Source: Octopus sinensis (Eukaryota). From it: a DNA stretch of 64,000 nt. Below, one piece after another: positions 12,827-27,245 of the stretch (positions are counted from its first letter, which is position 1; each line of letters opens with the position of its first letter). The stretch is from the NCBI RefSeq assembly GCF_006345805.1, contig NC_042999.1, forward strand, positions 34,596,001 through 34,660,000, read 5' to 3'. Position numbers and translations under genes: made by a program. Below the pieces are notes generated by a model, which did not search any database, was not told the origin of the DNA, and saw only the letters and a program-made list of their open reading frames with translations.

Positions 12827-14023
12827 TGGGGTAATAGCATAGGATGGTGTTGAGTGATGGCTAGAATGTTTTTGTGTATCTCTTTTGCCATGTTCAACAT
12901 GGCTAAAAAAGAATTTTCCTGCTTAGGGAGCAGTTTTTGGCTGGAGGTGTGGTTGCACTGTTGGATAGGGTTGTAGTTTCCACTTTTGTTGTTGTTGTTT
13001 TTGTGTCTTCCTGAAAAGACTGGACCGGCATTACTGCAGCATGGTGTGTTTCTATTTTTATTGTTATTCAGGTTTGTGTGTTGGCTTGAGGCCCCGTTTC
13101 TGTTTGTGCGTCGGGTCCCTGGAAGATGAGTGAAGGGACAGTCACTCAGTAGACATGTTCTCTCACGTTGGGAATACCGGCAGATTTTGGGACTCCGAGT
13201 TGTGTGTGCTTTGAATTTCGATTTACTATTTGGTGGTGTTGATGTTATTGTGGGATGCGTGCTTTGGCCTTGTCCGGTAGTGCGTCTAGTGCCGGGTAGA
13301 TGCGTGAAGATGCAGTCACTATTTGTGGAGAGTCTCTGGCGCAGTGAATAGCGGCATATTTGGGGATTTCTTGTTTGTGCCGTGTGGGGCGCATTCTGCT
13401 TCCTATGTTTCTTTAAGTTTTTGTTACTGCAGTAGTATTGAGGTGGTGATGTGGGGGAAGAGGGCAGTGGTTTCTTATTTGGTTTTCTGTCGGTATTTTT
13501 GGTGATAGAAGACGATGGTGGCAGCGGTGGTGATGATGATGATGATAATTGTGGTGGTTGCTGTGAGAGCGGTGAAAAGATACTGGCATTTAGTGAATCG
13601 TCTAGTAAGCTAGAGTTGAGGAGTGGCTGTTGTTGTTCTTGTTGCTGTGGCTGTTGTTGTTGTTGTTGTGCCTGACCGATGTCAGGGTCAGCCATTGTGC
13701 TGGGAACCAGGAGTGGCTCATTCTGTTGTTGTTGTTGTTGTGGCTGCTGATTTTCTAGCTGTTGTTGTTCTTGAACTGTGAAAATATGTAGAAGCTTTTC
13801 ATAATGGCCTCTTATCAGTTTGAAAGATACTTCGATATGTTTCAACTTGCTACGAATCTGTTTGACGGATCGTGTGTTGACCACTTGTGATGTTTTTTCG
13901 GCAATCTCATTCAAACACAAGACATTTAGATTTTCTGTTTGGGAAAGAGAGCCATGTGTTTATTAAAACATCAATTTCGTTATCAGACCAATTTCGTCTG
14001 TTGCAGGCCTGCAAGTTAGTCAT
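12796..14023 (-). pseudogene. CR1 ORF1: Myb/SANT-like N-terminus, polyQ, two CCCH-type finger repeats; one frameshift near 13910
   Basis: ATG at 14023 gives MTNLQACNRRNWSDNEIDVLINTW...CLVF; a +1 shift joins NEIAEKTSQVVNTRSVKQIRSKLKHIEVSFK. Repeats ICRYS.R.R....SDC.FTHLPGTRR; the second is C-x8-C-x4-C-x3-H. Confidence 0.75.
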
Positions 14024-14357
14024 GTTTGTTTTTCTTTTGTTTGTTTTCCTTTTGATTTTTGAAAATATATATATTCTTTCTTGGGAGTTAAAGAAGTGTA
14101 TATATATATAAATGTTCTCTCTTAAGGGTGTGAGTTTTTGATTATTTGGTTGTTTGAGGATATTAAAAGAAAAACAGTTGTATATAACAATTTGTAGTTA
14201 AATGAAAACGTACTTACGGGTTTGTAGGCAAACACGTGGTTACAAATATATATATATTTAAGGTCAGTTAGTTTTGAAGCTGTGTAGCTTGCTACTGACT
14301 TGGGAGAGAAACAAATAGACGTCCGTCCACTTCAACAGTTAATCCACATATATATGA

Positions 14358-14389
<32 letters not shown>

Positions 14390-14594
14390 GAATATATATA
14401 TATATATATGTATATACATATGAATATATATGTATATATATATATATATGTATATATATATGTATATAGACATACATATATATATATATCCACATATACA
14501 TATATATGTATATATATATAAATTATTAGAGAGTTATCCACTATGTGGATAACTCTAGTGCTAAAAATAGCTCCGAAGCAACCACAGAAGATCT

Positions 14595-14629
<35 letters not shown>

Positions 14630-14633
14630 CATA

Positions 14634-14669
<36 letters not shown>

Positions 14670-14813
14670 TGTTTGTATAAACGTTCAAAAACCTAAATGC
14701 AAATATGCACATACAAACAAAACAGGAGTGTTTTCGTAATATCGCTTGATACTTTCAGATATATATATGTATATAGACATACATATATATATATATATAT
14801 CCACATATACATA

Positions 14814-14899
<86 letters not shown>

Positions 14900-15740
14900 T
14901 GTATGTATAAACGTTCAAAAACCTAAATGCAAATATGCACATACAAACAAAACAGGAGTGTTTTCGTAATATCGCCTGATACTTTCAGATAAGAGTATAT
15001 AATGTTTATTTCTGTTAGGCGGGGACGTTTATATAGCTTTTTGTGTAAACATGCATATTTGTGTCTCTAACGACTGCCAGTACTTAGTAGACCAATGACA
15101 AATTATATTATCTTTTAAAGATTAATAGTAAAATATTGATAAGACATATGGCGATCATACTGCAATCTCTTGAGCTTGATTAGCTTTAATCACATATATT
15201 TTCCTTTCATACACACAATCGTATTACAAATACCTTTCTTAATCTAATACAATAAGATGTATTTCCCTCCTTCTAGTTAGTATAAAAGCTAATTACTTAA
15301 TCTAATTTTACATTTTTAGTTGTCATAGTACTATCGACAACCTTGTATAACTAATGAGAATTATGCAAACTCTGAAGATTTACAATGCAAACGTCTTTTT
15401 TCATATTTAAGTGGACACTTTTATTGATAATAAATCTTGTGTAAGGTAATTTACTTAAATATTTTATGGACAGAATCTGGTATTTTGCGTGGCTGTCTTT
15501 ATGTTCAATGTAATCCATAAAACTAGAGAGTCTAATGAAATCAAACCGGGACAATTTACATTTATAAAGTGCACTTTCATATTTCTCCTTCACTTAAGAG
15601 GAATACATACAGGCATGATGTACTATGATATATGTACACACACACATATTTATGCATACTTTTTATTTAGGTTTATGAACGTTTATGCATACACACACAT
15701 ACATACATACATACATATATATATATATATTATATATATA

Positions 15741-15791
<51 letters not shown>

Positions 15792-15805
15792 GTATGGCTG
15801 TATAC

Positions 15806-16148
15806 ATAACTTACTTAGAATAACTTAGAAAGGTTTTGGCCAGTATTGGCCCAGGCCATGTCTAACTTAATAGCACCACCTGGTGAAGTCTTTCAGTTCA
15901 GGATTTGGGCACCAAGGCCCATTCGAGCAGAGAGTTATTGTTTGCGGAGACATATCCGGGTGTGGGTGGTTTGTCCGGTACTGTTTGAAGGAATTTGTCC
16001 AAAGACTTCTTGAATTTTGTGTGGTCAGTTTCTTTTTTGACGTGCCCTGGTGTAACGTTGAAGAGAGCAGGTCCAATTGAGGTGAAATAGTTGTGCCGTA
16101 TTGTCGTTATGTGATGCGATTTAGATTTTTGTTGTGGACGGATGGCAT
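15806..16148 (-). mobile_element. 5'-truncated second copy of the CR1 family (3' end)
   Basis: [30 protein letters not shown]...[14 protein letters not shown] matches the C-terminus of ORF 9793-10986. The 3' UTR is shared but the tail repeat differs (TTCTAAGT-like). Confidence 0.92.
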
Positions 16149-16241
16149 ATATGCATATTATATATATACATATATATTCATATGTATATATATATATATA
16201 CATATACATATACATACACATACAGACACACACACACACAC

Positions 16242-16430
<189 letters not shown>

Positions 16431-16447
16431 TTTCGTTTTTATTTAGT

Positions 16448-16786
16448 GAAGGCGCATGGCTCAGTGGTTAGAGCGTCGAGCTTACGATCGTGAGGTTGTG
16501 AGCTCGAATCCCGGACCGGGCTACGTGTTGTGTTCTTGAGCAAGGCACTTTGTTTCATGTTGCTCCAGTTCACTCAGCTGTAGAAATGAGTTGCGACGTC
16601 ACTGGTGCCAAGCTGTATCGACCTTTGTCTTTCCCTTGGATAACACTGGTGGCGTGGAGAGGGGAGGCTGGTATGCATGGGCGACTGCTGGTCTTCCATA
16701 AAACCACCTTGCCCAGACATGTGACTAGGAGGGTAACTTTCTAGGTACAATCCCATGGTCATTCATGACCGAAGGGGGTCTTTACC

Positions 16787-16790
<4 letters not shown>
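16448..16790 (+). mobile_element. tRNA-derived SINE (family A)
   Basis: A box TGGCTCAGTGG, B-box-like GCTCGAATCC; near-identical copy at 44514-44840. Confidence 0.88.
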
Positions 16791-16848
<58 letters not shown>

Positions 16849-17899
16849 GTATGTATGCATGTATGTATATACATATGTATATATATTGCGGGGATTTAGA
16901 AATAACTGCTGGAGTAGATGTTTCTTAATTATTGAAATAACGTATGAACCGTAATTATTTTACTAGAATATGTTAAATATTATTTCATATAATCAGGCCT
17001 TGGGAAAGTTTTATATGGAGACAAAGCTTCAATGTATAATAAAATTTTAATCGCAAATCGTAACGTGAAATTGCGAAAAGTGTTAAAAATGTAGCAAGCC
17101 TATTTTACTCTCAGGCACCACGATGTTTTAGATATATTGAATATATCTTAAGATAACATTATTAACAAAACTGAGTATTTTTGTTAGTTTTTCAGTTAAA
17201 TCACATTGAAATACATGATGCAGTGTCACATTTGAGATAGTTTTGTCAACCAACATTTGTTGTTTTTTTTTTTATCGGAGCTAGATGTAAGAATATTTTT
17301 ATTACAATACCAATTGTGTAATATAAACCTTAAAAAGAAAGTATTGACTTTTCTATTATTTTATTTAAGAGTAAAAACAAATTTTATGAATGGCGACATA
17401 TTATTTTCTTTGTGAATTGAATATGGTGATGAAGCAAGGTAGATTTGAGTCTATATATCCATATATGTATAAATCTCTCCTTTCGTACACTCACTTACAT
17501 AAGTATACACAGTGCCGTTCAAATCAGAATTGAAATTAATAGAAATATTATAAACCCTCACTGTGGGTTAAGTAGGAATAGGAATGTAAACATATTTTGT
17601 CTCTTCTATTCGTAAGAGTGAAAGAGTCAGTCGCCCATTCATTTTCGGTTTCTTTCTATCTGCAAACAGTGGGGATGATCTATTGATAAACTAGTCATTT
17701 GTCAATGTAGTGAAAATTACAGAATAACAAAAAGCACCTCAAAATAAACTTTCACGCGCTATTTAAAAAGCACATTAGGCAATATTAAAATGGAAATAGA
17801 CAGGGTATATTGTAAAGCCAGAGAAAACTATAATAAGAGGGATCAAATACCTCTGCATAGCAAACAAGCTACGAAGATTAGGGCTGAAGGCAGAGAGTA

Positions 17900-18590
17900 A
17901 ATGTTTCATCTCAGCGCCTCAAGAACAAACCTTATTAACCCGGAAATACCAATCCAATGTGATGAAAAATGGACTAGATGCAAAGCGCCGATTCTTCAAT
18001 GATGATATTGAAACAATGAACCACTTAATCTCTGGATGTAAATTTTTAGCTCCAGCAGACCATAAATCAAGTCATGACGGAGTTGGCCAATATCTATAAT
18101 AGTTGCATTATAAAATCAAAACTGTTGGCTAGTGGAAGAAGCGTCACACTGAAGCTGTAACAGAGAGAGAACATTTAGATATTCTTTGGAAATTTCTTAC
18201 ACATACAGATAGCATCATTAAAGGAAATAAACTGGATATAGTATAGGAAATCAAAATAATAAAGTCTGTTTATTGATTGATATGTATATCCCTTGTGATA
18301 GCAATATTCCGGCAAAAGAATTTCACAAACTGAGAAAATATGAAAAAATGAATCATTGAAATACAAACAATCCTGGCAAGCTCGTATTACTTTAAATGGC
18401 CACGGCTCGTGAGCTGAAACTAGATAAAATAAAATAAAAAATAAATAAATAAATATGGCATCTCAAGGCGGTTATAATACCAGGAACTGTAGAAGGTCTA
18501 AGAATGATCAATAAGGGAAGTGAAAATTATTTTAGAATGATTCCTGTCTTACAACCCTCCAAAAAGTACAAAAAATATTTTACCAGTTAC
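17900..18590 (+). mobile_element. Highly degenerate R4/Dong-like RLE LINE remnant
   Basis: Broken frames FISAPQEQTLLTRKYQ, ETMNHLISGCKFLAP..HD.VGQYL, ILWKF.THTD, CLLIDM.IP.D, homologous to 25460-26140. Confidence 0.65.
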
Positions 18591-18795
18591 GCCACACATA
18601 CTGAAAAGAACATTTCCGATAAAGTCCCATGGATTTTACATAACTGTATTTGATTTTGTAAATGAACAATCTGGTATGTTTCTTTTAGTGTCTTATCCAT
18701 ATATGCAGTGAGTTGGGTTTTTTTTAGCCTAGGCAAGAAATGAAAATAAAATTGACGGAAGTAAACCACATGATAATAAAATAATAATAATAATA

Positions 18796-19350
18796 TTCAC
18801 AGACATGACAGAGTTGGAACCTACATACACTGGAAGCTATGCCAACACTGTGGAATAACAACAGAAAAAAGATGGTATAGGCACACACCAGAAAAGGTCA
18901 CAGAAAACGAGAAACCAACCATACTCTGGGATATGCCGATACACACAGATAGAGAAATTAAGGCCAACAGACCAGATATAGTTGTCAGAGATCATGAAGA
19001 AAAAAAATGCATTCTAATTGATGTATCAATACCGGCAGATGACAACGTGTCTCTAAAAGTAATGAAACTTTCAAAATAAAAAGACCTGGAAATAGAGGTA
19101 ACCAGAATGTGGAATCTAAAAACAGAAACAATTCCTATCATAGTAGGTGCATTAGGCATGATAAAAAAATATTCAGACAAAATAACATACAGAAAATTGC
19201 ACTACTAGGCACTGCACACATCCTACGCAGAACACTTTCCATACAATAACCATCAGAGCATCACAACAAATCACAGCACATACCTAAGGCACACAGAGCT
19301 GCGCTCGGTAGTGAAGAGAAAGCACGCTATAAAAATAAAACTACTGAATG
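18796..19350 (+). mobile_element. R4/Dong-like RLE LINE 3' fragment between (TAA)n runs
   Basis: RHDRVGTYIHWKLC...ILWDMPIHTDREIKANRPDIVV...CILIDVSIP.D...KDLEIEVTRMWNLKTETIPIIVGALGMI...IALLGTAHILRR, then 3' UTR and (AAT)n. Confidence 0.9.
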
Positions 19351-19352
19351 AC

Positions 19353-19418
<66 letters not shown>

Positions 19419-19489
19419 AGAGAGAGAGTATTACAGAAGAGTTAGATAAATATTAAGCATTGAACTTAATGCTATAAACACGATAATAG

Positions 19490-20020
19490 GGATAAACATG
19501 CTAGCCGTACCAGTCATAAATTACAGCTTTAACATAGTAAACTGGAATACCAGTGAATTAAGAAACCTAGATTGGAAGAGCAGAAAACCACTAAAAGCGC
19601 ACCAAAGTCACTATATCAAACAGACGCAGACAGAATATATCTACTACGCTTAGAAGGGGGCCCTGGCCGGACACAGATAGAAAGTTACTATAAAATTACA
19701 AAAGTTGGACTAGCAAAGTACTTAGAAACAAGGAGGGTAAGGCTACTTCATGTAGTAAAGCAATATCAGAAAAAGAAAACGCTTTTCTCGATACAGAAGG
19801 AGGCGACAAAATACAAAACAGAAGCAAATTACACTCACACACTGACCTCAGACGACAACATAGCATAAATGGTCAGAGAGACAAAATACAAAATGAAAAC
19901 TGAACTACAACATCAAACATATGGCATAACACGAACATGAACATCTAATTTGTTGTCTCTTGAGGTCCCTTGAGACGTAGAGTCAACTTGTACAAATACA
20001 AAGCAAAAGACAAACATATT
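19490..20020 (+). mobile_element. Internally deleted R4/Dong-like LINE (RT thumb fused to 3' UTR)
   Basis: INMLAVPVINYSFNIVNW...DADRIYLLRLEGG.G...KITKVGLAKYL, then the 3' UTR GTCTCTTGAGGTC...CAACTTGTACAAATACAAAGCAAAAGACAAACAT (same family as 25241-25330), then (AAT)n. Confidence 0.75.
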
Positions 20021-20038
20021 ATAATAATGATGATGATG

Positions 20039-20099
<61 letters not shown>

Positions 20100-20439
20100 T
20101 AATAATAATTTATAATAATAATAACGATAATAATGATAATAATAATGATACATATAATCTCAAAACAAATGAAATTTGTAAACATTGTTAAAAGCATTTT
20201 TATATGTACATAATAGCAAAACAACTTTCACTGTCATCTCGACATAACACTATCACATTTAAAATGAAATTACTTTTAAAACGAATTTCTAATTTTCTTA
20301 TATTTTCACAGACATTCTTTAGAACCATACGTTGCGCAACACCAAAAATATGGCACCCTAATCCTAACACCAATTTGAACTTCTAAGTGCGAGACCTGGA
20401 GTCAACGAGTACAACTAGAAAGCAAACGCCAAGCATATA

Positions 20440-20489
<50 letters not shown>

Positions 20490-20646
20490 GTAATAATAAT
20501 GATGATAATAATGATAATGATAATAATACTAATAATCATTATTATTATTATCATCATCATCATTATTATTCTTATGTTTTTCCTTCTTTCTTCAAATTTT
20601 CTTCCGTTTCTCGCCGAGTGTTTTCCTATTATTATTATTATTATTA

Positions 20647-20692
<46 letters not shown>

Positions 20693-21246
20693 GAGTGGGA
20701 AAACAGAGCATGTCATCAAAGTGACAATGGGGTAAATATACAAAGCCCAGAATACGTATCATGACTACCTGTCTGATAAGGGTACACCAGGCACATGCAT
20801 CACAAACATATGTGTGCGACATGGTGAACTCATATCAAAATAAACAGCACATGTCTTGCTGGTGCGACCCAGTTAGAATTTCTTTCAGGTCGAGTAGCCC
20901 ATCCCGCTCAAAGGGTCCACGAATAAGGGTTGTTTAAGGATGTTGAACAAAACACCCATGATTCCAGAGGTGAATAAGTCAGACCCCAAAGAATTCCTCT
21001 AAACACACGGCTATGATGCTCCCCCACTACTTCTGCTCTAATCAGAGATGCACATATCATCAGCCATTAAGGGATATACTCAACTGATTAAGGCCAAACA
21101 ACAGACAAGAAAATCTGCGGTATTAAGCAGAATATTTGCTGTAGCCCATCTTTTATACCAAGACAAAACGACGTACATGATAACACTTCCAATCAGTTAA
21201 GATCAGAAGCCATGAGAGCCACTGCCTGGTACTACATGAGGGCATT
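20693..21246 (-). mobile_element. ~555-bp non-coding dispersed repeat flanked on both sides by (ATT)n
   Basis: Collinear high-similarity copy at 50894-51450, also between (ATT)n arrays. Strand is inferred by analogy with the R4/Dong copies. Confidence 0.8.
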
Positions 21247-21247
21247 G

Positions 21248-21336
<89 letters not shown>

Positions 21337-22589
21337 CATCATCGTCATCGTTATTGTAGGCCATTCTTTTTTCACAAAAGGGCGCCAAATTTGGAGCATT
21401 ATACAACATATGAAAACAAAGAAACAGATTTAATATTTAATACAATGCTATTTTTCTTTCAAAAAAAAGAACAAACATAGATCCGACATATTTTTATTCG
21501 CCCAATGCGGACCTATAACTCCAGATCATTAACAGGTTCATTGAACTACAGCAAACGTGTCTCATTTGTCTTCTTTTCAGGAAATTCACTTGAGATAAGC
21601 ACATCAGATTCTACATCCATGTTATGGCATTTGTAAAGTTTATGAACATAATATCTAGCACGTTATCGTTATTTCGTTTTTGAAACATTAATCATCATTA
21701 TGCCAAGCAGTTTATTTTGGTAAACAAAACTAAATCCTGCACTACATTTATTAGCATCTGTAAACATAATGCATCTACCATCTTTACATTTTTTTGCTAT
21801 GGTAAAGATGGCAGAGCAGAGTGTTCCCTGGGAAGCGATCATCACAGACGCTTTGCTCAGCAAAGTCAGGAGATATAGCGAGTCGGTTAAAGTCTGTGAA
21901 AACTGTGGATAGGAAGCAATATGCCTTCGTTTAGCGATAGGTGTAAATTTATTTGTAGTAACTAGGGTTCACTCTAGAGTTCAGGAGTCTTGTACTAGCC
22001 ACAAAGGAGGAAAAAGATTTTGTCTGAAAATTGTCGGAAGCCGCTGAGAAAGCAGATCATCATATCTGGTTCAAGTGAAAGAATGAGTGGTGGGGCAAGA
22101 AAGAGTATTGCGAATGGAAGAAACATCTGGTCCAGGGTTACAGCATTTTACCCAACAAAGCTCGTACAAGTTCCGTAGGAGTTTTGTTGCTTGCATAGGT
22201 GGCTGGCCTGGAGCACGAAACACATCAGAACAACTTCACCTGATATAACGATCGGCTAATCTATTCAGAGATATAGTACAGAAGCACCTTCATCACACAA
22301 ATGTTTACCCTAAATCTTCACGCAGAAATATTATCAAGGCTGTTCCTAAATCTTAAACTTCTAAGGATAGAAGGGCCCCTTTCAGTCTTTCTAGACTAGA
22401 GATGGTGTCGCGATAAAAATGCTGGAGGTCGTGGCACATTATCAACACTTTCCTCTGCATAAGAGTAATGAATAACAGAATTATCACAAACAACGGACTA
22501 TCGCCTGGCAGGTGCCCTGTGGCTAAGTAGCACAGGTCCTGTTATCATTATACGGCTGTTAGAACAATTTGGGTTAAGATGACGAATAC

Positions 22590-22810
22590 AACTGTTACTT
22601 TTTTAGTAGAACCACTATTAATGAAGGAAGAGCCGTAAGAGGATATAGAAAGAGGATGCATGACATATGGTTGGAGAAGCAGGGCTTAGATATTACGGAA
22701 CAGAGATGTTGTGACCAGGTAACTGCAATAAGTAAGAAAGGATGACTAACAGTTTTAAAGCTCGATGAGATTAGAAAGAAGGTGATGATAGAAAACATCG
22801 GGAACGATGC
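22590..22810 (+). mobile_element. R4/Dong-like ORF N-terminal remnant
   Basis: Frame reads EGRAVRGYRKRMHDIWLEKQGLDITEQRCCDQVTAISKKG*LTVLKLDEIRKK, resembling the GYRKRM..IW...EQRL.DQ...I.K.GWL N-terminal block of R4/Dong elements. Confidence 0.65.
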
Positions 22811-22989
22811 AGCAGTAGATCCGGAGTAAGTTGACGATGCTGCACTTTCACTTTTGCCGGAACATGAAAGGAAAAACACTGGGTGTATATTGGCGGTGGA
22901 ACACAAAGGGAAACAGAACAACACACACACACATACATGCATGCGCATATGCACAAATGCACACATACACTATATATATACATATAATT

Positions 22990-23430
22990 ATGTATGTATA
23001 TAACTGATGGAATTTTTTCAATTTCCGTCTACCAAATCCACAAACAAGATTTTTGTCGGCCCGGGGCTACAGTAAAAAAAAAACACTTGCCCAAGGTGTC
23101 AAGCAGTGGGAATGAACCCAGAAGAATACGGTCGAGGCTGCTACTGCCACTCCTCTTCTTCTTCTTCTTCTTCTTCTTCTTCTTCGGAAATGATGAAAGA
23201 CAAATTCAACCTCGGCGGAATTTGAATTCAGAAAATAAAGACCAGGCGCAATGCCGCTAAGCATTTATCTCGGCGTACTAACAATTCTGCCAGATCGCCA
23301 AATTTTTTTCTATGGAAATATTATCGTATATGAAAATAACGAGGTGGCATAATTGCCAACACACCGTGGAAAGTGATTAGCGATATTTCGTCCGTCATTC
23401 CGTTCTGATTTCAAATTCCACCGAAATTGC
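22990..23430. mobile_element. Cluster of degenerate SINE fragments (families B and C)
   Basis: TTTCCGTCTACCAAATCCAC...ACTTGCCCAAGGTG (reverse of 47400-47480); CCTCGGCGGAATTTGAATTCAGAA (like 43297-43322); and a + strand TTCTGATTTCAAATTCCACCGA piece. Confidence 0.7.
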
Positions 23431-24067
23431 TGGCCAAAATTTGATAACAATATTACAATCATTTTTTTTTTATTTTTCAAGAAACATACCTATGCATTTT
23501 TGGTGGAAAACTTGGCGTTTTATGTTCAGGGTTTATTGGAAGTATGTTAGTCCAGCTTTTGGCGGCTGTAAGAGAAAGTAAGTTTGTATATTTACAAAGA
23601 GAGACAAACCGAGCGACACATACATACTTTTGGTAGATTGTAGGTCTGTTCGTGTGTATGAATATGTGTATGTGGGTTTGTATGTGTATGCGTATTAATA
23701 TTGTTTGTATTTGAGTCTTGAGAGATATTTTAGTATTGTGTATAGATATAATAAGAAAATAAGTTGTCAGAGGAATAAACGATTATCTTAGGAACTATTT
23801 TAGCTTACGGCTGTTTCTGCTATAAGATTCAGTGAACTCAGAGTTAAGTGCTTGTGTAACATCTTATAGATTCGTCAGAGCCTCAAATCTGAAGTGCAGT
23901 TTAGTTGAGAAAAGATTTACATTTATACAGATATACAGGGAAATGTATGCCAGTGAGAAAGCAGACGGGTACGTCGGTGTTGAAAGTCAAGGACTCCTCC
24001 CCATTCTATAATTAACAAGAACTTTGAGAATATCCAAGGCATAATTTCAAGTCTGTATGTGTGCATG

Positions 24068-24098
<31 letters not shown>

Positions 24099-25160
24099 GT
24101 GTGTATGTATATGTGTACAATAGTGTTTTACATATGTACATGTCCATGTAAGTCTTTAGGTCATCGATACGTAGTCTTACTTGTATGTGGCTATCGGTAT
24201 TATTGTGTTGGTATATGTGTGCTTGATGTATGTGTGAGAGAATGTATGCTTATGTGCAGTTGTAATTGTGCGTGCGTATGTACGTGCTTGTCCAATAAAG
24301 TAAATATATTGCTAAGCAGTTATGTTACTGCCTGAAGTTTCTACAAATTACGAGAAATGTGTGACTATTTTTGTATATCCTATTGTGTGACTGGTGGCAT
24401 TTGCGTACGTAACTGTATGACTACTCTCACTCGTCTCTGTTACTTTGAGTACATTCATATGCGTGCCCTAGATGCGTTGACCTGTCTTTCTTCATTCATA
24501 TCTGCGTTTGCAATTTGCCTGTTGAGTCCAAGATTATGTATGCTCATTTGTACGCGCATGCCTTATATGCACACCGGTCGGCATAGCATTTCTTCGATTT
24601 TTAATTAATATACCTAAAATATTGTATATCGCAGGGCAAGGAAAAATCAATATTCTTATGACTTCCTTTCATTTTGGATTTAGTCATTTCCTTTTATAAA
24701 ATATTCAAATATTATTTCGGGTTTATTGTTTTCTAGCATTTGAGGACAAATGCTGAAACTGAAATGAGAGAGGCATGGCAGATATATTAAATCACACCAT
24801 GTACCATTATTTTCGTTTTCATACGTTCCGATAATATTAAATTCGAGGGTGATACCGATGGCGGTAATATGACCGTGGTGAATGCGACATCAAGGACGAT
24901 GATTATGATGATGATAATGATGATGATGACCATTATCATCATCATCATCTTCCTCATGATCATGGTCATGGTTAGATGTTTATCATACCTTATGAATATT
25001 CGCAGCATTTGGAACTCCTTGCTTGCATGCTACCTGTAACCTATGGTATCATGCTATATGTTCATATCAATTATCTAATACTTTCATAATGGTACCAGCC
25101 GTGCCATGGAAGCCAATCTTCTGTAGTGTTCGCGACGATCGGCGCTTGTCATTCATATCA

Positions 25161-25222
<62 letters not shown>

Positions 25223-25240
25223 TATTATTATTATTATTAT

Positions 25241-27245
<2,005 letters not shown>

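Larger units (their letters stand above)
9703..14340 (-). mobile_element. Near full-length CR1-clade LINE (ORF1 + APE-RT ORF2, several frameshifts), (TATCAAAG)3 tail
   Basis: RT motifs YLDFSKAFDRVDH, SGVPQGTVLGPLLF, IFADDSK. APE motifs ILTETHL, RADR..RKGGTAIF, MGDFNLP, LDLVFSN, SDH. The 3' tail is an 8-bp tandem repeat at 9703-9726. The 5' boundary is approximate. Confidence 0.93.

Noticed and set aside
15351-15593. 80-aa ORF as an exon or transposase
   Set aside because: No recognisable motif or supported splice context; within chance length for AT-rich DNA.
21440-22560. Moderate-complexity region as host exons or a LINE remnant
   Set aside because: I could not recover a consistent reading frame or diagnostic motif; it needs TBLASTN/RNA-seq.
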